Shown here piece after piece: positions 28,701 to 41,407 of a stretch of 64,000 nt of DNA. Under the pieces are notes generated by a model. The model worked only from the letters and a program-made list of their open reading frames with translations. It was not told where the DNA came from and did no database searches. Made by a program: the position numbers and the translations under genes. Position 1 is the first letter of the stretch. The number at the start of each line of letters is the position of its first letter. The DNA is from Trichoplax sp. H2 (Eukaryota), in assembly GCA_003344405.1 (NCBI GenBank), contig NOWV01000014.1, positions 248,001 through 312,000 of the forward strand, in the 5' to 3' direction.

Positions 28701-28916
28701 GCAGTCATTGGCTATGACATCTATTTTATTGAGGACTACAGTGTCATGCAGTCTTCAAAGACCCGTTGGAAATTTGTAGACACCGTAGAGCCTTTACCCT
28801 TGCCGATGGTTTGCAATTTAACACCAGCAAGTGCAAGTACTTGCTATTTTACATTGAGAAGTAAATTGAAAAATAATTGCTATAGCCGGTTTAGTAACAT
28901 CTGTAAGGTTAGTTAA
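25748..28916 (+). CDS. ATF7IP: ATF7IP/MCAF1/Windei-like SETDB1 cofactor, about 540 aa in 4 exons (25748-26243, 26533-26666, 27839-28045, 28131-28916)
   Basis: The C-terminal fibronectin-III domain carries the family signature RWKFVDTVEPLPLPMVCNLT...YFTLRSK (compare WKKIGEVKALPLPMACTLT...YYFAVRAK). Exon 3 is helical/coiled-coil-like and the N-terminus is acidic. Splice phases are consistent. Confidence 0.8.
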
Positions 28917-29719
28917 AAGACAAAGGAAAGAATATCGTTACATAAGAATGGTATAATCGGTCAATTTATAATGTAGTTGTTTTAACCTTAAGGCTGAAAT
29001 TGACAAACGTTGCTATCATAAAACTTTCTCCTTGCCATTGCTATACAGTACTGTATTTTAAACGTTGTTTAATTAACTCAATTTTATGCCATTCTACCAA
29101 TGATGTAAGTTTCGAAAGTAAATTGAGGTACCTTTATAATATCAACCGATAATTTCTAACGGTAGTTGCAATTGCTAACGTCGGCTATAGTATGTATGGG
29201 CTACTTGGACTTCAACTGTCAAATTATATTATTATCGCTTGTTTCAAATGTTGCTTCTGTTACGCCAGTAATAATTATTTATATCTATGTTATATAAGAT
29301 TGAGAGCAATGCTGCATTATTTATGTCATGTCATTTTTTGTAGGTATTTTACCTTATGACCGCTTTCTGACCTACGTTTTGAAATTGTGCAATACGTAGT
29401 TTACTCGTAGTTTATTAGCCAAATTGTGAATTTACGACTAGGTCGAGCATCTAGGTCAAAATGTCGTGTAATATTTCATTTCAAGTTTTCAATTTCCGTA
29501 GAAATAGATGGAAATAAAAATTTTCTGTAATGCTAATATAAGATTCTAGAATAATGTGGCAATACTTTTGAATGATTTTTATAAAATCCAAAGTAATTCT
29601 TTATTAACCAATAGCCCTAACTTGGTATCATAGTCAGAAAAATGGTGACAATACATCTGTAGCTGTGTAGATGCAACCCTTTAAAATCGTTCGAAAGGAA
29701 ACTTGTTACTTTATAAACA

Positions 29720-32700
29720 TTATTTCGAGCGCTTTTTAAATCTAGCTCCTTTTAGTTTGACTTTCTTCGCCAGTTGATATGTTGCAGCGCCTTCTTCTTC
29801 ATCATCTAGTGGCCTTCTCTTTTTATTCATAGTTTCCTGCAACTCCTGTATTGTAGAACGTTCAGTTAAATGATATCGAGGCGTTTGTTCAATAAGTTAA
29901 CTGGATTAATTACCATTTTAGCGTATCTTTGTGCTTCTGCAACGCGTTCCATTAGCAACATAACTTCTTCCTCAACTGTCGGATATTCCGGTAACTTTTT
30001 AGCAATTAGCTGTTCGATCCTTTGAAATAATTCTACATCATATCTGCATTGAACAGTGATACGAAAATTAAAATCGTGCTCAAGTATAAAAATAATTAAT
30101 TGTAATGTATCTTACTGCGTTACGAAAATAATTGATCTTCCAGATCTTCCAGCTCTAGCGGTTCTACCAACTCGATGAATATAATCCTGAAATGAAATAA
30201 AACACTTGGACGTTAAAACACAGTGCATATAGTTTCAACTAAGGGTTATATAACATTTTCCAGTTTTATGCACAGGTAACAGAAAAGTTAAATTTATGCG
30301 GTACTTATGAGCTTACCTTTGAGTGTGATGGGGCATCGAAATTAATTACAATATCTACATGTGGGATGTCTAATCCGCTATTATAGAAATGCACATATGT
30401 TAGTTTAATATGAATAAGCTTATGATTTATTTGCCAGTCTATTAACTAAAACAACATATACATTTAGAGTAAATAAAGAAACGAGTAGAAGATGACTAAT
30501 TAATTTTATATCTAATATGTAACGACTTGCATAGGTAGTATAGGCATCATAAAATGGTAGTTATTTATAAAAATGGCATACTTACCGACTTGCAACATCA
30601 GTTGCTACCAAGATAGAGCTCTCCTTTGACTTAAATTTATGTAAGGCCCCAAGTCTTTTGCTCTATTGTGCGCGTATAAATGAACCATAGTGTTTATAAT
30701 GTACATCCTACTTACTGACAGTGAATAACCTTTCAATACACTACCTGAGACATTTGACCATGTAAAGGGATTGCATTAAAGCCTAAATTGCGAAGCATGA
30801 GACCAATGCTATGGAGTTGAGAGATCAAAATACACGTATTACGTATTTGTGGATCATGGTTGCATGTAAATGTAATCCAACAATGTAAAATCGAGAATAT
30901 CGTTTGAATCGCTTCTCACCGCTGTGTGTTGATACAAGTGGCACAAAATACCATAAAAGAGTTTCCAGCCAATTCGTTTAGGATGCTAACCAGGTAACAG
31001 TCCTAAAAATTAATTGTACCATTTAATCCTCTAGAAAGGTGCATAATTCAAAAACTATTCAAAGATACGTGTTACACAGTATGTAATCAAACCTTGTATT
31101 TAGCCGGAACGAAGATATATGTTTGCTGTAACTTTTCTACCGTAGTGTATCTGTAAAATGAAATAGTTTCATGTTATTGTGTTACTAATTAATTAATATA
31201 AAGCGAAAATGCCTGCAATAGATAGATCCTACTTGGTTGAAACTTCTATCTTGACTGGATCTTGGACAGACGCTCTTTGTAATTTTTTTACCTAAGAAGT
31301 ATAATTGAGTTGCAATTTTTTTTCGATCTGTAATGGTGTACCAATGTACGGTATGTATGCTATAATTATTGATCTACCTTTTTGGTCATGGTAGCGGAAA
31401 ATAAATATGTTCTTCGTTCTTTAGGTAACACGCTCAATATTTTATCGACCTAGACAATTAAAAGTGGTGGTTATACGATACGTTAAAGTACTATGTGTAC
31501 GATAAAGCAACTTACTTCAGCTTCAAAGTCCATATTCAAAATACGATCTGCTTCATCCATCACCTATTTCAATAAAAATGTTTGCAGTTGATAACAATAC
31601 CGTAGCAAATACGGGTATGTAAAGAACAAAGGAGACTTTATAATCAAGTTATTTACATACTATAATATGAAGTAGATCTAGAAAAACTTGCTAATCGAAG
31701 CTATTCTAATGCACGATAGTTATGTTATAATTATGACTTACCAAATATTTCAATGGTCGTAAACTAAAGCCTTTGGTGTTGGCTAAGTGATCCGCTAGCC
31801 TACCGGGAGTTCCTAAAAATTGAAATGATAGTCATTCTACCGGTATCCTGTTTATTTTATAATTAAGCGTTAAAAAAACTTTACGATATTGTAAATTATT
31901 AAATTGACGAAGTACCGATAATGATATGTGGTTTTTTAGCTAGCATGATTGATTGTGTCATCATATCGATACCACCAATTATGACAGCTGACAGTGAGAG
32001 ATAACAGTAACATTGCAGTCAATAAGTTTTTCCTCGTCTGCTAATTAAAATTAAAAGAATTGCAATATTGGCCTTTACCACACTGGACTCCAATCGATGA
32101 GCCTAACGCTTCAATTTGTTCGCTTATCTGAAAAGCTAATTCTCTACAAGTTAAGCGAATAGCACCTTTCGTTAATGTATTACGTACAATATCTACATAC
32201 CATAATGACAGGAATACATTATGATACAATAGTGGAAAATGATCAAGGTTATAAGAGATTACCTTGTAGGAGTGAGAATTAAGGCAAATAAACGCTGAGG
32301 TTTGTCTAATAATGCTTGTAGAATGGGTAAGACAAAAGCGGCAGTTTTACCAGAGCCAGTCTCAGCTAAGCCAATGATGTCTTTACCTTGATGTCAAATT
32401 GATAAATAAATTATAATCTATGTCTAGGTGTTCATATACACTGTCTATATACCGGGATACCTGTTCATACTGGCATACTGTGTATCATTAGTCGACTGGA
32501 CCTATGTATCCATATTGAATTGAAATTGAAATCATCGGTAGTGCAAGCTAAACCTTCCTTGCAAATACTGTACGTTATACAGTCAGGTAAAATCAGATAT
32601 CCTTGATGAATTAACTCATCACAACAGTTATTAATCCATGAACTGTCATATGAGTTAACTTATCACAACAACCATCAATGCATGCAGATTATGCGCTGAC

Positions 32701-33705
32701 GTTTATCATTGATATCAGTATTTATTAAATGTAGTCTATCATCAGCAATTTGGCTGCAACTATTTGCACGAAATGAAGTTGAACCATCGCAATTACAAGA
32801 TTTCAACACCTCTTGTAAGACTGCATCATCACAACAGTCATCAGTCCATGCAGCCTGGGCGTCTTCACATATTGCATATATACGTATAAATAGGTCTAAA
32901 TATATCATTAGTCCTTTAGTAAACAGCATATGTACGTGTATATCTTGTAGATGTTGAATTCCAAGTTCAAAAGACTGGTAATGCAAGTTGAAAATATCTC
33001 TTGCAAACACGTCCAATCACACATGGATGAATGACTTTATGACAGCAGTTATCAATCCATGTCGACTAGGGATATCTAGATGCATTGTGTATACCGGTGT
33101 AACTATATCATCGCCATTTGGCATACGTATAAAATGTTTACAGTAAATTCAAGTTGAATTACCACAGTTGTTAAGCTTAACAACGGCTAAAATACCTCTT
33201 GGCAACATTGCATTGCACAATCTACTACACTACAGTGTTGTACAACGTCCATGCAAGCTTGCACAGTTTGTTCAAATTGTATGAAGATGATGCCTTGTTC
33301 TCTCTAATCGATCTATTCGATTCTATTCAAAGGTTAAAGTAATGGACTACAGAATGTACAGTAAGTGTTAACGTAACCATTGGCTTACCTGTTAACGCAA
33401 CTGGGATAGCTTCACATTGAATTTTAGTGGGTTGCTTCCATTGTAACCGATCGCATGCTTGACATAAAGGCTCCATTAATCCCTATCAATGAACAGCAAA
33501 AATATCGTTTAGGCAGCCTTGACACCAACACCATAGAATCTAGCTACGATGATGGCTTTGTCAAGCAGTTTCTTCGTTATTTATGATGCAGATGAGATAG
33601 GGCAAGATAGGAAAATCAATGCCTCATCCTATAACTTACAAGAGATTGAAAAGTAATCGGAGTTTCTTCCTCTACGTTTACGCGATCGCTTTCCATGCTT
33701 GCCAT
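29720..33705 (-). CDS. DDX47: DEAD-box RNA helicase DDX47/Rrp3 (about 17 coding exons)
   Basis: Shows the Q motif ([13 protein letters not shown]), [46 protein letters not shown] and [15 protein letters not shown], followed by a basic C-terminal tail ending KRSK* at 29720. Confidence 0.97.
32500..33260. repeat. Degenerate ~210-bp tandem repeat in DDX47 intron 2
   Basis: An ACA(A/G)CAGT..T.A.TCCATG anchor recurs at about 32621, 32831 and 33042, with weaker flanking similarity. Confidence 0.5.
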
Positions 33706-33738
33706 GTTGCCTAGGTAGAGCTGACGAGCTAGCCAATA

Positions 33739-33748
33739 CGCGTGCGCA
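33739..33748. promoter_or_regulatory. NRF1-like motif next to a CCAAT, about 35 bp upstream of the DDX47 ATG
   Basis: CGCGTGCGCA (reverse complement TGCGCACGCG) with CCAAT at 33733. Motif match only. Confidence 0.35.
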
Positions 33749-35567
33749 TTTTAACCTTGAATGCAGGCCTCCGTCCTAGACCTTGGATGGCTAGCAGTTG
33801 TAAAGCTTACCAATCCGATAACATACAGTACTCTATATACTACACTCATGTTTTAGCCATAAACCAATCTCCAACAAGGCTGTCTGTCCGAGGCAACGCC
33901 TAGCTGCACCCTGTCAAGAGGAAACCGGCTAGTTTTTTATTCTATAGTACTACAGTATGGATCTGATCAGGCTTACGGCGCAGTATAGAGTAGATAATAT
34001 GGCCACATATGCAATCACTTTTTGACGCCATTTTGTCGTCATTTTATAACACTATTTCTTGAAATCAGCATCCTATAGTAAGACCCATGGAGGGATCCAC
34101 ATGGCTGTTGTTGTCTAATATTACCCTTCTATTTATTGATAGAGGTCAAATACTCTGTTTTAACAATATCTATCCATCGAAATAGGTGGAGTACTTACTG
34201 TATTAGATGGAGTTTTCCAGTTGAAAAAGTATCATCATATTGCCATCATGGATAGGGCTCAGCTTTATCATGGTACTGATCTTTAAATATACAATCATGT
34301 TCATGATACAGTATATCGTAAGGCACTCCTTCCAACCTTGAATCCCTGAATTTACCATCTCTAAATTCATTCATCCCCTTGATTGTACTATATTTATAAG
34401 TACAGTATAGGTACTCTTATTTCGAGCTTTAGCAGGCTATGATGCATAGCAGTCGGGATTGGGGCTTTCGCTGTAGCAAGATACGTCGATGCCACAGCTA
34501 AAACCCGATCAGGCTATCATGCATAATTCATAGATAATCCCCAAAGATGCAGAATGCACAAAATAATTGAAAGAGCATCCTATACAGAGGAAGATACTAC
34601 TTTGATTTTTCATCATCAAGATTTGCATAACAGTTGTTTATTAGGTAGGCAACTTGCTTTGTTGAAAGCAACGCCCTATATTACCCTTTTCTTATTGGTA
34701 GTTATCCAATACTCTATTGAAGAACATCTATTTATGTCAATAAATGGACTACCGAGCCAATTTGCCTGATCAATAAAAGTAGACGTCGAGCTAACTAGCT
34801 AACCTGTGGAGCGATGGAGAGCTACGTTGACTGCAATCTAGTCCTCGATAGTATTACAGCTTGTAGCTAATTTTGGACATGTTTTCCTATCATAGACGTA
34901 TAAAAATCGATCTAATCTTGACAGTACTACACTGTACTGTTAATATCAAGCCAGCTATCAACTCAAAAAGAATAAATTAGTTGCTTACAGTGAATGAATT
35001 AATAATTATACAGTAAATACAGCAATTAATTATAATATCAATTTCCTCATCCATGATGATGTTGCGGACATGTTGGGTGGGGTAGGGAGAGGCGGGGCAG
35101 CTACGAGGGCTCAGTACAGTACAGGGACAGGTGCTGCCTCGCTCCCTTTTCCATACAGTTACCAGTAATGTAGAGGCTAGTACGAGGGACTACACTAAAA
35201 AAATAAGAAGGAGAAGACCAGGGTAGGTACAGTACACACACACGACCAATCCTCCTATACTGTACAGTATAGTGTAGAGTACTTACAAAAATCATGTCAT
35301 CCCACCCCGGGGTATTTATTTCCTACTGTAGCACTGTATTGTAGATCGTCTATAGTAGATACTGCTTTTAGCGATGATCTACAGTACATACCGTATTGGC
35401 TACAATGACTAGTCCATTGCCATCGGTGACATTAGCTATGTACGTACTATTTGCCTCACCTAGACGGTGGTCGCCGTGGTAATTCTAATTTCCCTCTGCC
35501 TCTTCCACCTTCGACATCTTGATTCTGCCTATAATTGCTACCGAAAACTATCTATTCTACAGCAGCA

Positions 35568-38500
35568 ATGTCTTGGAATAATAATCCACGGCCATCAGCG
35601 TATCAAGTAAGTTAATATCTTAACGATAGAATGTGTCAGTAGAATTTTTATGGCCTGTTCTTATGTAAAATAAGACTTGGAACAAATCCGACAAGTTCAT
35701 TTTCCTGACTGCTTAACAGTCTAAAATAAAAGCAAGCAGATTCTTCTCATCCATTCGTTCGCATATCTACAATGCTAGACTGCAAGTATACACCAATTAT
35801 ACAATCATTCAGTTCACGAAGGTTAATCATCATACTATGCTCTACTAACTGATAACATCAGATTTTTCTACCATCTTTACTGTATACGTTTACTGTAGAC
35901 GAAGGAGTCGCATCTCCATCGATTTGGATAAATGTCAAGGAAATCGATTAGGGATGCAATGCTTCTAGCAGTTGATCATTGCTACAATAACATATAACTT
36001 GTATATTTTAGCTGTGGTCAGTTAGAGTAGATTTTACCAATTATTCAAATACACCTACTTCTTCACTTTATTCTAGTGTTCACTACAGTACTTGCCAGTT
36101 GCTAAAGACAGATTCATAATACATGCTATCTACGTGTCCAGATGATGGCTATATTAACAAATGGTAGGACTGTTACGATTGTAGATTGCTATCTGAACTC
36201 TATCGTTGGTCTGATCGATACTTCAGTTAAAGACTGAATTAATGTTCATTTTACATACATACTGTATGTTATTTGAGTTTATCCATTTCATCTCGGAATA
36301 CTCACAGACTTGATGTCCTTAGTTTGCCCATCTACGGCATGCTATTGAGTCAATCAATCACATCTCTACGTGCAGCGTTGATGATAAGACTTACTAAGTA
36401 TCTACCGCTTCGTTATTGTATACAAAACTCTCTTTCTTGAGAAGATCGCATGATCGGACGATATAGAATGGAAATGTAGCGATGCTGTTGCACTGATTTC
36501 GTAATTTTCAATGTTGATGTTGTCCAATAAATGACCTACAGATAACCGCACTAAACTAGACACAAATACAAATGTATGCTAATCTATTTCATCATTAGAA
36601 GAGATCCGTTATTCGTTTATAAAGGATACAGATTTCATCATTTGTTAATTTTATCATAGTTGGTCCTTGGCCTATTACCTCAAATTATTCATTGCTCTCA
36701 TTAGTTACTACAGTACTGAGTACAAATCCATTCCATAGCTAAATAGAGTAATAGAACTAGACAGAGATTGCAGTACACCTACACGGTAATTGTTCTATAT
36801 GCTAGAAAAATCATTAGCAAATTTGAATCCTAAAGTAGATACAATGGATTATACATGAATAGAATCGTATCGTAGTTAATAGCATACTCAATTTACACCT
36901 CTTAATAAAATGGACAAAAATATTTAAGAGTAGACTACATAGTCAATCTCAGTGTGATGGAGGGTTCGAAGAATTAGCGGCTGCGGACTTAGTAGCCATT
37001 CACAGAAAATATGCAAAGGATTTTAAGGATTTTAATAAAGGTGAATACTTTATTGTAGATAATAATGGAGGTACAAGGCGGTAGTTAACGGTAGATCAGC
37101 GTGTAAGCTGTCGTGAAGTAACGTGAGGAAGTACTACTACTACGAATAGTGCAACTGAACAAATCTGAGGCAGAAATCATCAGTATTTATAGTTTTAAAG
37201 AGAGAACACGTACAGAGAACAGTATTGTAGAATTAGATACATTATATACTATAAACTGGCTATATAATAGTAAATGATTGTAGAAAATAGCGAAGACTGT
37301 AGGTGCTATGAATAACTAAACATGACAAGCTATATTTGAGCATAGTTGAAATAGACTGTAGAGGTATCTATATTCGGAACATAACAAAATGTCTATATTT
37401 ACGAACAAGTCTAAAAACTACAGTGAAACTAAATACACTACACTCAGTAATCATCACGATAGTTTTGACAGTGAAAGGGACTTTGTGTTTTAGATATTTT
37501 AAACAACTTATTTTTTCTCCATCAATCGTAGCAAAATTATGGCCAGCAATATAATCCAGGTTATAACCAACAGCAACCAGGATATTCTCAACCGCAGCAG
37601 GGCTATGGGCAGCAACCTCAAGGTTATGGCCAACAATATCAAGGATATAATCAACCACAACAGGGATATGCTCAACAGCCGCAAGGTTATGCTCAACAAG
37701 CACATATGCATAATCAACAACAGCCGAATTACGGTCAACAAGCACCACCTCCGACTTACGGACAAACTCCAGGTGGGCAGTATCCCCCCACATCTAGTGT
37801 TGCTCAACCTCCACCGGGTGTTAAACCCCATGTATGGCAATGGTTCCAGGTAACTGACAAGAGAGTAATTGAATACAGTAATAGACAACATTTTCAACAC
37901 TTGTTATTATATATCAAGGAATGTTTCTCCTAAACGATTATTATATAAAATTGTATATAGACTGTGGACGTAAGTAAATCGGGCCACATTTCAGTGACGG
38001 AGCTAAGGCAAGCCTTAGTTAACAACAATTGGACAACTTTTAACGAAGAAACCTGCCGTCTTTTAATTGGAATGTTCGATAGTAACAAGTGAGTCTGCTA
38101 TGATTGCTCCAGCTTAAAAATTCTAAAATCATTTGCAAGGAAAAATGAATCTTAGTTTATGTAAAGACCTCACAACAACAGTTTATGTCGAATGTCTAAT
38201 AGACGCGTAGTTAATTCAATGATTAAAATGATATTACCATAATTCAGGAATGGTACCATTGATGTTCATGAATTTGAATCGTTACTGGAATATGTCAAGC
38301 AATGGCAAAATTGTTTTAATCAGTAAGTAAACAATGCGACGCGGCGCTGAGGATTACATCACTAAAATGGACTATTCTTCTTTTATTCCTTATTTTGAAT
38401 ACGTGATGTTAATATTGATTCTTGATTGTAGATTCGACAAAGACAGATCCGGAAATATTGATGCTAATGAACTACAGCAAGCATTTAACACATTTGGTTA

Positions 38501-39403
38501 CCGTTTGTAAGTTCACTATGATGTCCTAAGCCACTAAAATATGAACATAGGCGGCTGACCAGCAGATAACCACAATCATTTTTCACATCCTGTTGTAATT
38601 ATAGATCAACCACCTTCTGCAACTTATGCGTTCGAGTATTTGACCGTGGAGATGTTAGAACCATGAAATTTGACGACTTTATTCAATGTTGCGTAATGCT
38701 AAAATCTTTAACGGATAAATTTCGCAAGAAAGATGCCGCTCAATCAGGCGTCGTTCGTGTTTCTTATCCAGAGGTATCAATAATTTAAAAATCATTAGTA
38801 CTGGGATTTTGGCTAAGCGTTTCCTACATACATAGATCTTATGTTAAATCTATAATAATTTCAGGAGATTATTTTAGGCGAATATGTATATTATGACTCA
38901 ACCGTTGTAATTCATTCAGTATGCAGTTTATCTACCTCAAAAATAAGATACAGTACGAATTAACCATGTTTCCGTAAGTTACATGCAGTCTTCGCGTAGT
39001 CACACCATATCTCGGTACAAGAAAAGACGCTTTAGTAAACGAAATCACTAGCAAAGCCTATCTCGATTAGATTCTAAGTCAGACTAAAAGAAGATTTACT
39101 GTTTTACTTTTTGAAGCAAGTTGAAGTCAATTTATAAATGCAGTATATTTCATAATTAAGGATACCGTTTAGGGGTAAACTTTAAACTCAAATAGTATAA
39201 TATTTAAGGTATACTTTACATGTACTGGTATGCAGTTCTGTATTATGTAAATATTTGGATTTAGTACCTCCCGCAATTGTAATTAGGCTTATGCTTTGAC
39301 TTCTTAACTAATTAATGGCATTTACTGATCATTGCTCTCAAATCGGTGTAAAATTTCGACTTTTTTTCAGTTCTTGGAAATGGCTATCGACAATACTTTA
39401 TAA
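35568..39403 (+). CDS. PEF1: Peflin (penta-EF-hand protein) with a Q/G/Y/P-rich N-terminus, 7 exons
   Basis: Exons begin with 35568-35606 (MSWNNNPRPSAYQ) and 37532-37849. They continue TVDVSKSGHISVTELRQALVNNNWTTFNEETCRLLIGMFD, FDKDRSGNIDANELQQAF and FDDFIQCCVML, and end with 39371-39403 (FLEMAIDNTL*). FNEETC and the long N-terminus favour peflin over PDCD6. Confidence 0.88.
37559..37705 (+). repeat. Coding 21-bp repeat (7 GYxQxxx heptads) in peflin exon 2
   Basis: Translates as GYNQQQP GYSQPQQ GYGQQPQ GYGQQYQ GYNQPQQ GYAQQPQ GYAQQAH. Confidence 0.9.
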
Positions 39404-41407
39404 GGTCTGGTTAATACAGTTATTGCTTCAGTATCAATCAACGAAAAATTCTGGCTTGGCTAGACTTGGTAATTCAAAATTGGACAAACTGTGTTCTTTT
39501 AATTCTGAGATTAATCCATTTATCACCCACTTACCATAAAAAAGTAATATGCGAGTATCTTCAATAATCGTTAAATTGATTTTCTTACTACAGCCGTTAC
39601 CTAGATTTTCATTGTTACATAATATTATATGATTAACGTGATATGTTATCAAACTGTTCTATAGTCATTTGTATGTTGTATGAAATACAGTTACATGAGC
39701 TATATTATGTATGCATAGCCATTACTGGCTTTTCATTAACTACACGTAGAAAGTTTTACGATATAAGTGTGTGTATAGCTCGTATTAATTGAATTCTCCA
39801 GTTGCAGAATAACGGATTTTATGCTTTTTTTCTGCTCTTCTATCACTATTAAATTATGTTACGCATATTCTTGATGCATTCTGTCATCAATTGAGGGATG
39901 CTACATAGAGTAATGAATATTCTCATATGACGGAAAATTTTTTGATAAAATTTATGTTCATCATTATACTATCAGCATTAAATAGCTAGCTGTGACTATT
40001 GTGGTAAATTGCTACTTTTCCTAACTTTTAGAATTCTAGTAATTAAATTCCATGTATTTCGTTGTAATAACCATTAATACGCTTACTTTGCAAGAATCTG
40101 AATTGATTAAAAAATGAAATTTTTATGGTTACATTTAATAGTAAACTTGATAGTAAACCTGTAAAATGACATTCTAACTGAATGGCTCCATTCAAAATTA
40201 ATTTAAAAACTATGAATCCCCTTGTTTCTTATATAGATACAGTATAAGAGTCGTTGACTGAAATAAAGGCTATCATCAGTGCACTTTTGAATTACTATCT
40301 TTTGCATATCGTGTTAATCATTATTCTTCAGCAAATTACTATTAAAGTAGAAATTTGAGGATAATATTAGTACATACGATAGCTCGAATAAAGATAGAGA
40401 GGTCAAAAACTAATTGATAGAACTACGACTCATATCAAGTTCTATAATCTTTAATTAAATATATATAATTATTACTGTTCAGCTTTCTAACACTATAGAA
40501 TTCTGCGTAATAGCGATATCCTAGTATGCCTATAATTACTTACAGGACTCTATCAAGAAGATTAGATGCAATTCTAAAACTTTAATGCTAAATTTATTTC
40601 TCTAACGTAATATTGCAATAGGTTACACCTAGGTCACATTTTTGGTATAATAAAACCTTATTACGAACAGAATAAACTGGAAGTGATTATGAATAAGAAT
40701 TCTAATAATATTGTAATACAGTAAACCGTAATCAAGAGGTTATCATTCGATAGTATTATTGGATTACCCTAACTGACTTCTTGTATGATAGTCGAGTCGG
40801 TAATGTGGAACTTCATAAAGTTAACCATTAATTATGATATTAACTGATTGATGTTCAGTTAATTAATTATACGAGTATAAGCAATAAATAAAGTGAGTAA
40901 CGTCTTATCATGTCGTTTGCCTTGCGTAAAGTAAACAGCTAATAGTAAATAAAATGAATGCTAACAAGAGCATACGTAAATCTATATACGACCATATACT
41001 CGTATTCTGATACCTAGACATAATGTCGACTACCGATGTTCACGTAATAAATGTACGAATCTAAAAATAGCTACCTTAACTATCCAATTGTAATAAAATT
41101 AATTGTTCAGAATTAAGCTTAAGATGTTAAGATAACAGATAACGAAACAAACATCACTAACCAAAAATAAATATAGATAATAAGATCTCATGAATTGCAG
41201 ATTGTCCGAAAAATATTATAATAAGAGACTTCAATTAAATATCTTAACATAAAATTTAAACCTTGCATAAATACAAACTACAGTACACGTGTATAAATAG
41301 TTTTAAATTATCATTACACTTTCTGGTTACAGAAATTGAAGAAAACTTTGGAAAATCACTCAATTTTGATTTAACAATCACAAATTTCATTGTACAGCTG
41401 TAATCCT

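Noticed and set aside
36955-37005. GGTTCGA (tRNA T-loop/B-box-like) in PEF1 intron 1
   Set aside because: No cloverleaf stems or A-box could be found around it.
37368-37900. Antisense and off-frame ORFs of 104-141 aa over peflin exon 2
   Set aside because: They are shadows of the 21-bp coding repeat; the real frame is the GYxQ frame.
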